The translations under genes and the position numbers were made by a program. DNA of 61,498 nt from positions 1 to 61,498 of the forward strand of contig JACPCE010000004.1 in NCBI GenBank assembly GCA_016179945.1. Direction: 5' to 3'. The notes under the pieces are model-generated. The model was not told where the DNA came from and ran no database searches. It worked only from the letters and a program-made list of their open reading frames with translations. The stretch is from Candidatus Woesearchaeota archaeon (GTDB taxonomy: Archaea; Nanobdellota; Nanobdellia; SCGC-AAA011-G17; GW2011-AR18). Position 1 is the first letter of the stretch, and every line of letters begins with the position of its first letter. Shown one piece after another: positions 54,729-61,498 of the stretch.

Positions 54729-56137
54729 AAGTCCAAGAATTTATTAAAAAAGTTCAAAATAAAGAAATTGATATAGTAGAACACACATACAAGGTTCTAG
54801 AAGAATGCAAAAAAATAAATAAAGAATATCATTATCTAAACACAATATCTGAAGAATTAGCTTTAAGGCAAGCTGAAGCTGTAAATAAAAATCCTAAAGG
54901 CAAGTTAGCTGGACTTCCAATATCAATCAAAGATTCAATTTGTGTTAAAGATGTAGAAAGCACTGCAGGATCTAAAATTCTTAGAGGATATAAACCTTAT
55001 TTTCATGCAACTGCTGTTGAGAAAGCAATAAAAGAGGGGGCAATTGTTATAGGAAAAACTTCTCAGGATGAATTTGGTTTTGGAGGATTTGCAACTAATG
55101 TTGGGATTGATTTAAAAATTCCTTTAAATCCATTTGATAAAAACAGAGCTACTGGCGGAAGTTCCGGGGGTGCTGGCGGGTTAACTCAAAAAGCAAGTTT
55201 TGCTCATATTGCACTTGGAGAATGCACTGGAGGGAGCATTGAAAGCCCTGCTAGTTTTTGCGGGGTTTTTGGTTTGGTTCCTACTTATGGAAGAGTTTCC
55301 AGATATGGCCTAATTGATTATGCAAATTCATTTGATAAAGTTGGACCTCTGGGGAAAAATATTTACGATTGTGCTTTGATGCTGGATGTTATTTCAGGCT
55401 ATGATGAAAAAGATTCAAGTTCTTTAAATGAAAAAAAAGACGATTTTTTTAATTTTTTGAAAAAAGATATAAAAGGATTGAAAGTTGGCGTTATAAAAGA
55501 ATCTTTTGGAGAAGGTGTTGATGAAAAAGTTTCTAAACATGTCTGGGATGGCATTAAAAGACTAGAAAAAAATGGGGCTTCTTACAAGGAAACCTCATTG
55601 CCAATTACAATGAAGCATGGTGTTCCTACTTATTATTTATTAGCCACAACTGAAGCATCTACTAATTTAGCGAAGTACTGCGGAATGAGGTATGGTGCGA
55701 GTGAAGAGTTAAAAGGAAATTTTGATGAATATTTTACAGATGTAAGAAGCAAAAACTTTGGCAAGGAAGCAAAAAGAAGATTAATGCTTGGAACCTTTGC
55801 AAGAATGAGTGGATTTAGAGATGCTTATTATATAAAAGCTGCTAAAGTAAGAACGCTAATTATTGAAGAATATAAAAAAGCTTTAAAAAATTTTGATGTT
55901 TTAATAACGCCTACAATGCCAATATTACCTCCAACATTTGATGAATTAAAAAAATTAACACCTTTGCAAGATTATATGATGGATATAATGACTGTTGGCC
56001 CTAATTTAGCTGGTTTACCACATATGGGTGTTCCTGTTGGTTTTGAAAAAAATTTACCTGTAGGAATGATGATTATTTCTGATCATTTAAATGAAGGGAA
56101 ATTATTGCAAGTTGGAAAAGAATTTGATAAGAATTAA
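54725..56137 (+). CDS. gatA: Asp/Glu-tRNA amidotransferase subunit A
   Basis: ISIKD, GGSSGG, TGGSI, PTYGRVSRYGL, KRRLMLG, YYIKA.KVR. Confidence 0.95.
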   Translation: MKVQEFIKKVQNKEIDIVEHTYKVLEECKKINKEYHYLNTISEELALRQAEAVNKNPKGKLAGLPISIKDSICVKDVESTAGSKILRGYKPYFHATAVEKAIKEGAIVIGKTSQDEFGFGGFATNVGIDLKIPLNPFDKNRATGGSSGGAGGLTQKASFAHIALGECTGGSIESPASFCGVFGLVPTYGRVSRYGLIDYANSFDKVGPLGKNIYDCALMLDVISGYDEKDSSSLNEKKDDFFNFLKKDIKGLKVGVIKESFGEGVDEKVSKHVWDGIKRLEKNGASYKETSLPITMKHGVPTYYLLATTEASTNLAKYCGMRYGASEELKGNFDEYFTDVRSKNFGKEAKRRLMLGTFARMSGFRDAYYIKAAKVRTLIIEEYKKALKNFDVLITPTMPILPPTFDELKKLTPLQDYMMDIMTVGPNLAGLPHMGVPVGFEKNLPVGMMIISDHLNEGKLLQVGKEFDKN

Positions 56138-56160
56138 AATAAAAAAATAATTTTTATCTT

Positions 56161-56394
56161 TTAATCATATCCACCATCAGAATCAAAACCTTCACTATCG
56201 TCCATATCGTCTTTTTCCATATCCTCATTATCGTCATCATCATCAAGTTTCCAATCTTCATTATCATCACTAACATCCTTACCTTCATCCTCATCTTCTA
56301 TCGGTTTTTTATGATGCTTGTGTTTTGCTGGAGCTCCAAAAAAATAATTACTTGTTTTAATAATTTCCCATTGACTTACTAATCCAATTTCCAT
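56161..56394 (-). CDS. Small Asp-rich low-complexity protein
   Basis: GGAGG SD upstream; highly acidic C-terminus. Confidence 0.6.
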   Translation of the reverse strand: MEIGLVSQWEIIKTSNYFFGAPAKHKHHKKPIEDEDEGKDVSDDNEDWKLDDDDDNEDMEKDDMDDSEGFDSDGGYD

Positions 56395-56490
56395 TTATCT
56401 TCCCTCCTATTTATACAAACATTATTGGCATTATTTAGTTAATTTATTTATATATTTTTTGGTTCTAGGATTTTTATGTAGTATCCTATT

Positions 56491-57183
56491 TTAATGTATT
56501 AATAAGCCATATTTTCCATCTATAGTAGGACCCCTATTTACTCTATCAACCCCTGAATATATTATATGGATTACATTGCCTGGATTTTCATAAGAAACAA
56601 CAAAAACTTCTAATTGATCTGCCAACCTCATAGTTCTCATCTTACTGTTCTTTCTTTTACCTGCACCCCTTAACCATCCAATCATACCATTATAATTAAA
56701 GCCTTTACCATTATCTTCTATTGTTATTATATGGCCTTCATGTCCTTCGTCAATTATCAATCTTACTTCATCTTTACTTCCATATAAAAAAGCATTTTCT
56801 AACAAACCACTAATTAATGCTTTTAATACCGGGGGTGTTCTTTTTGGTCTCAACATCACATATCCAATATCATGCAATTTACTTTCTAATTCTCTTAATT
56901 TTCCTATACTTTGTGGATTTCCAAATCTCAGACTATGTAAGATTTGCTCTCTTCTACTAGCAAGCTCAATGCTTCTTTCCTCTAGAAGCCTACTTACACC
57001 TAATGTATATAGTGAAGGACTGTCATAATTAGCTTCTCTTTGTTCATAAAATCTTGATCTTCTTTCCACATTTGCAGGAAATAAAGATTTTTCTGAATAA
57101 GGTTTTATTACATCAAACAATATTCTATTATTTACACCAACTCTTGCATACATATCACTAAGATTAAGATTTTCAAATGTCAT
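56491..57183 (-). CDS. HATPase_c (RsbW/anti-sigma kinase-like) domain protein
   Basis: N box GLLENAFLYG; G1 box IEDNGKGFN; G2 box appears degenerate. Confidence 0.65.
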   Translation of the reverse strand: MTFENLNLSDMYARVGVNNRILFDVIKPYSEKSLFPANVERRSRFYEQREANYDSPSLYTLGVSRLLEERSIELASRREQILHSLRFGNPQSIGKLRELESKLHDIGYVMLRPKRTPPVLKALISGLLENAFLYGSKDEVRLIIDEGHEGHIITIEDNGKGFNYNGMIGWLRGAGKRKNSKMRTMRLADQLEVFVVSYENPGNVIHIIYSGVDRVNRGPTIDGKYGLLIH

Positions 57184-57280
57184 TTTTCAAATTGATGTTT
57201 TTATGTTTATATACTTTACCATTTTATAGTGGTGATAATTTAGAAAGATTTTTAAATATTTTACTTATTATAAAAACATT

Positions 57281-57889
57281 ATGCCAGGAAAAAAAGAATC
57301 TTTAGAAATAGTACTAAGATATTTTGATGCTGTTTTTGTAGATTCTTCTTTCATGACATATTTAGGAAGAAGTGAAGGATTTTATAGTGTTGATAAAAGA
57401 CTTTTAGACAGAGCGTTAGAAGTATGGAGAGAAAATAGTGGGCTTTTTAGAAGATATAATGAAGAATTAAAAGTTTATACAACAAATGGTATCATACAAG
57501 AATTAAATGAATTTGCACTTGCTTTAGAGGAAGCTTCTTATAAGAAAAAGCAGACATTAAGAGCTAATAAACTAAAAAGTATGTCTGATTTAGTTAAGGA
57601 TACAGCTGATACATTAATAGTTTATCCCTTTAGAGCCTATATTCAAGTTGTCAGATATGATGGAGCTTCTGATAATGATATTTCTTTAATATCTGCTATG
57701 CTGCATTTTTTAGTTGATAACAATCGCAGCACCAGCACAATAATTACTAAAGACAGTGATATAAGCAAAAGTTATGGCCTTACAATATCGGGATTTGATG
57801 AAGGATTGAGAGCTAATATTTCAAGAAGAGGAAAAATTTATTGGTATGATTATAAGCAAAATTTACTAGAAAAAGTAGTTATAAATTAA
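57281..57889 (+). CDS. Divergent PIN-like protein
   Basis: VFVDSSF, YTT.GIIQEL, SDNDISL, IITKDSDI. Confidence 0.6.
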   Translation: MPGKKESLEIVLRYFDAVFVDSSFMTYLGRSEGFYSVDKRLLDRALEVWRENSGLFRRYNEELKVYTTNGIIQELNEFALALEEASYKKKQTLRANKLKSMSDLVKDTADTLIVYPFRAYIQVVRYDGASDNDISLISAMLHFLVDNNRSTSTIITKDSDISKSYGLTISGFDEGLRANISRRGKIYWYDYKQNLLEKVVIN

Positions 57890-57960
57890 GTTTGAGTCTC
57901 ATACGTTCTTACTGTCTGCTATTAAATAGCAAAGGTTCTGTTCATATCATTGACCCAAAC
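57890..57960 (-). ncRNA. Candidate K-turn / C/D-like guide RNA with two segments complementary to 23S rRNA
   Basis: 9-bp terminal stem GTTTGGGTC/GACTCAAAC; AAT-GA / GA K-turn geometry; internal hairpin; guides match 23S 30324-30333 and 30340-30347. Confidence 0.55.
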
Positions 57961-58005
57961 CATTATTGTGCATTAATAAGAAATCAAATAGGTATTTAAT
58001 GTTTA

Positions 58006-58818
58006 CTAAGTTTTAATTTCAAACCATATTAAATAATGATCACTATGCTCTTTATTTATAGATTTGTCTATTCCATAATTAGTAATTTGACTTTTTAAGT
58101 TATCACTAACTATAATTCTATCATAAGCACAGTTTGTTTCAGATACAGTTGTGTCTTCATTATCTTGAATTATCCAGTTCCAATTATCAAATTCATTTTC
58201 TTCTTTGTTATTATAATAAGAACAATCTGCATTCAAATCACCAATAACTGCAGTGTAATCATTATTTTTTACTATTTCATCTAAATAATATAATTCATTT
58301 TTTACATCATCTGGTTTTATATGAATATTAAACAAGGTTAAGTTATAATTATTTAAATTGAATTTTACTTCAATAGGTGGCCTTTCCCACCTATCTAATT
58401 TATCTGGATTGTAATCTTCTATTAATTCAATTTTAACTCCTTTCTTTACTAAAATTCCATATTGTTCTTTTGATATAGTTCTGCCAGCTCTTGTGGAGAT
58501 ATAGCAATTATATTTATCTAAATAAGAACAAAGCTTTGGAAATGCACCTTCTGAAGAATCTCTAATTTCTTGCAAAAATACAATATCATAATTTTTTATT
58601 TTATTAGCATAATAATTCATTAAATCTAAATTACTGGCTTTTGAATGTCCAAATACTTGTAGATTCCAATTTGCTATTTTTATTGTATCTTGATAATTAT
58701 TTATTTGAGGATTTATTTTAACTGCACTGGCTGTTATATTATCTTTTAAATTATCTTTGTAGTAATAAGTAATTAATACTAGAATTAATATTACAAATAA
58801 CACCTTTTTTTTCATCAA
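58006..58818 (-). CDS. Extracellular DNase I-like (EEP-family) nuclease
   Basis: N-terminal TM; ANWNLQVFG, LQEIRD, WERPP, HIKP, GDLNADC, AYDRI, SDHY. Confidence 0.92.
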   Translation of the reverse strand: MMKKKVLFVILILVLITYYYKDNLKDNITASAVKINPQINNYQDTIKIANWNLQVFGHSKASNLDLMNYYANKIKNYDIVFLQEIRDSSEGAFPKLCSYLDKYNCYISTRAGRTISKEQYGILVKKGVKIELIEDYNPDKLDRWERPPIEVKFNLNNYNLTLFNIHIKPDDVKNELYYLDEIVKNNDYTAVIGDLNADCSYYNNKEENEFDNWNWIIQDNEDTTVSETNCAYDRIIVSDNLKSQITNYGIDKSINKEHSDHYLIWFEIKT

Positions 58819-58919
58819 TTTTACTATCTTTATTTAAATTTAATACTTGCCATATTTTGTTGTCTTTTTATAGTAGTAAATTTAGTAAGCTTTATAAAGG
58901 TTTAAAATAGACTTTTTTT

Positions 58920-59444
58920 ATGGATATTGGTGCTTATTTGAGGGCTTTGAAGGCATGTCCTGATCCTGATTTAACTGATAATCTAGGGATTTATGACAAT
59001 TGGCCAATATTATTAGATGTGGATACTAATATCTTTATAGATTATTTAAGGAACTGTGAAAAATATAGTGAAAAATCACAAAATGTAAGCAGAGAAATTG
59101 CTGAGGAAGTTGCTGCAAGTGGTAGATTAAGTGCTGCTAGAATATTAAGGAAAGGGAAGGGGGTTTATTTTGATTATGGCAAAAGACTAGCTAAATTTAG
59201 AGTTTCAAGGGGTTTAATACTTGAATTCTGTAGCAAAGATGAACCACATAGAACAAAACAGTTAGCTAAAGAATATAGAACTACAGTATTACTTCATCCT
59301 TATGCAATGAATGGAAACTGGACAAGAAATTTAGCAGATATTGTTGTTGACATTGGTGAGTATGCTCAAAGAAGCAAGGTTGGTCTTTGTTTTCCAAAAT
59401 CTATAGGTTCTAAAAATAAGGAGGTTGTTTATTACGAACCTTAA
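58920..59444 (+). CDS. Hypothetical protein
   Basis: 174-aa ORF, 2 nt upstream of the LysM peptidase gene. Confidence 0.6.
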   Translation: MDIGAYLRALKACPDPDLTDNLGIYDNWPILLDVDTNIFIDYLRNCEKYSEKSQNVSREIAEEVAASGRLSAARILRKGKGVYFDYGKRLAKFRVSRGLILEFCSKDEPHRTKQLAKEYRTTVLLHPYAMNGNWTRNLADIVVDIGEYAQRSKVGLCFPKSIGSKNKEVVYYEP

Positions 59445-59446
59445 AA

Positions 59447-60487
59447 ATGAGAAAACTAATTCCTTTTATTGTTGGATTGTGTACTGTTGTTGGATTAAGT
59501 TGTGGAAGGACAAGTATTACTAGAAAATCTACAGGAGATGGCGGAGGTTCACAAGCAGAAAAAAACTATTACATAGTAAAGAAAGGCGGCAGTATAGATG
59601 ATATTGCTAAAAAAACAGAAATTCCTGCATGGTCTATATTAAATTGCAATCCTGAATTAGATGAAAATACAAAATTCGGACCTGGAGAAAAAATTAAACT
59701 TTATGAAAAATATTATGAGATTCAACCTAATGATACATTATATGGAATTGCTTTACAAAATCATGCAAATTATGGCGCTTTAATAGATCTTAATAATATA
59801 GAAAATCCTGATTTAATATTAGCTGGCGATAAATTGAGAATTCCTTGTCCTGGAAAAAAATCAAAACATAAATTGGAAAGAGAGGAAAAAAATCATGCAT
59901 ATATAGAAAGAAAAGAACCAAGAAAAACTGGCTATGTTGTTTTTCCTAGCGGCTTAAAACTTCAAATTGTCAATGATCCTAAATTAACTAGGAAAGGAAA
60001 AGAATTTTATGATCCAAGAAGCTCTGGTAATCCATTATTTAAAGTTGAAGTTAAAGATTTAGGAAGGGCTGTTTCTAGACATTTTACTTTAGGTGACTTT
60101 CTTGAAATACATGTGCCTAGATTGGAATCACCCAATTATAAACTAAAACTTAATGGCGATGAGTATTTTGCTTATGGACGTTTAGATCCTGATTTTGTAG
60201 GAAGATTAGAAAAAACTAGGACTTGTGTAGGTGAACCTATAGAAGTAGACTCAGGTTATAGACCTTGGGGTTATCACAAAAGGATTTATCGAGATATATA
60301 TGGAAAAATGGAAACAAAGAAGAGTTTACACCCTTCAGGTATGGCAGCTGATATTTCTTCAAGAAGCACTAGAAGATTAAATAGATGTGTTGCTGATATA
60401 TTTAATAATAGTGGTATTGGCACTTATGATGATGAAGGTTTTGTGCATGTAGATAATAGGAAAGGAAAGGCTCGCTGGTCATTATGA
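59447..60487 (+). CDS. Lipoprotein with two LysM domains and a peptidase M15-type domain
   Basis: Lipobox GLSC; LysM YIVKKGG...IA and YEIQPNDTL.GIA...N.I.NPD.I..G..L.IP; SGYR, SLH..G.AADI, GIGTY...FVHVD.R...ARW. Confidence 0.9.
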   Translation: MRKLIPFIVGLCTVVGLSCGRTSITRKSTGDGGGSQAEKNYYIVKKGGSIDDIAKKTEIPAWSILNCNPELDENTKFGPGEKIKLYEKYYEIQPNDTLYGIALQNHANYGALIDLNNIENPDLILAGDKLRIPCPGKKSKHKLEREEKNHAYIERKEPRKTGYVVFPSGLKLQIVNDPKLTRKGKEFYDPRSSGNPLFKVEVKDLGRAVSRHFTLGDFLEIHVPRLESPNYKLKLNGDEYFAYGRLDPDFVGRLEKTRTCVGEPIEVDSGYRPWGYHKRIYRDIYGKMETKKSLHPSGMAADISSRSTRRLNRCVADIFNNSGIGTYDDEGFVHVDNRKGKARWSL

Positions 60488-60527
60488 AAACAGAATTTAA
60501 ATATAATAAGATTAGGAGAAAGAAAAT

Positions 60528-61067
60528 ATGGTAAAAATAAAAATTAAAGGAAATGAAATTGATGTTATCTTTACTACTAATTCAGCTTCTAGGTATGCAA
60601 CACTTTTTAGAAATAAAATATTTTTCTCTTTGAAAAAAATTGGTGTTTCCCAGGATTATATTAAATTAAAGGAAGAAGTATTTCCTATAAGAAAATCAGG
60701 AGCTGAAGTTTACTGGTACTTAAATGGTTTTAATTGCTATTATAGTTATAATAGACAAGAAAAATATGTTGATAATTTGCAAATTATATCAAAACTTATT
60801 GATGCGGAAGTAAACAAAATATTGGAAGGAAGTAAGAATTTTGAGGAATTTCTAAATGATTTTATAGAAGATGATTATTTAATTGAAAAAAGAAAAGAAG
60901 CTAGGCAATTTTTGGGTTTAGAAGAAAACGAGAATAATATTGAAATTATAAATAAACAATATAAGAAAATGGCAAAAGAATTTCATCCAGATACGGAAAA
61001 TGGAAGCACTGAAAAATTTAAGAAATTAAATGAAGCTCATAAAATTCTAAGAAAGGAACTTGAATAA
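60528..61067 (+). CDS. Protein with C-terminal J domain
   Basis: YKKMAKEFHPD...FKKLNEAH.IL. Confidence 0.85.
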   Translation: MVKIKIKGNEIDVIFTTNSASRYATLFRNKIFFSLKKIGVSQDYIKLKEEVFPIRKSGAEVYWYLNGFNCYYSYNRQEKYVDNLQIISKLIDAEVNKILEGSKNFEEFLNDFIEDDYLIEKRKEARQFLGLEENENNIEIINKQYKKMAKEFHPDTENGSTEKFKKLNEAHKILRKELE

Positions 61068-61350
61068 AATGAAAGAACATCCAAGAATTTCTACTATGAT
61101 TAAATTTTATAGAGATGAACAAAAAGTTTGTCCTTTTATGAGTCCTTATATCACACAATTTGTTTTAGTTCAAGAAAATTATACTAGATCTTATATAGCT
61201 AATCCTTTATTATCTTGGGTGAAATTTAAAGATCTAAAAGTTTTAAGTTATGTTTGGGAAAAAGATCCTAGATTTGAAGATGAAAGAAAAACTGCAATTA
61301 AGATGTTTGGCGATCTTGCACATATTTTATATGAAGATCAAAACAATTAA
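61060..61350 (+). CDS. Hypothetical protein
   Basis: Short ORF; likely ATG at 61069. Confidence 0.5.
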   Translation: MNKMKEHPRISTMIKFYRDEQKVCPFMSPYITQFVLVQENYTRSYIANPLLSWVKFKDLKVLSYVWEKDPRFEDERKTAIKMFGDLAHILYEDQNN

Positions 61351-61411
61351 AGTTCTAACGGTTCAATATTTAGTCCAATTTTAATTCCACCGCATTAATT
61401 TATAGAATGTA

Positions 61412-61498
61412 TGCGCGAGCCGGGATTTGAACCCGGGTCGGAACGTGTTTGCTTATTAAAATGGCAACGTCCCATATAGGTCGGTTTTTTTGAACCTC
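61412..61498 (-). tRNA. trnG: tRNA-Gly(GCC), 5' end outside the window; 15-nt intron at 37/38 (61447-61461) and a probable D-arm intron
   Basis: Minus strand GGACG-TTGCCA^..^A-CGTTC, CCGGG-TTCAAAT-CCCGG, CTCGCGC-A; BHB TTGC/GCAA; sequence 5' of the D-stem 3' strand is not a D-loop. Confidence 0.88.

Overview
AT-rich chromosomal segment of a DPANN archaeon, probably Woesearchaeota/Nanobdellota-like. The taxon is inferred from archaeal rps24e/rps27ae/rpl41e, rpo7-spt4, Elp3 and TrmB, a divergent archaeal 16S, fragmented conserved operons and many orphan genes. Housekeeping content: rpl13/rps9, trxB, nth, smc, gyrB/gyrA, gatC/gatA, elp3, a cysteine desulfurase, surface proteins (PKD, Ig-like, CSLREA beta-helix), two toxin-antitoxin pairs and a damaged NitT/TauT ABC transporter. 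The RNA genes are unusually intron-rich. A linked 16S-tRNA-Ala-23S operon has three ORF-less bulge-helix-bulge (BHB)-type rRNA introns, one inside the 806R primer site. tRNA-Ala has two introns, tRNA-Gly probably two, and tRNA-Trp one. A ~28-nt hairpin repeat recurs in these introns and in the ITS. Elements missing from the ORF track include rpl41e, two candidate C/D-like guide RNAs (one with two guides complementary to this genome's own 23S), and a leader-peptide/RNA-switch candidate ahead of the cysteine desulfurase. The most speculative lead is a set of bacteria-like or bacteria-directed proteins (ECF sigma factor, LysM-M15 peptidoglycan peptidase lipoprotein, REC-like and RsbW-like proteins) plus orphan proteins sharing a terminal LExx[VIL] motif, which together could be a host-interaction system. 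No CRISPR array, transposase or integrase was seen. All alignments and folds were done by eye.
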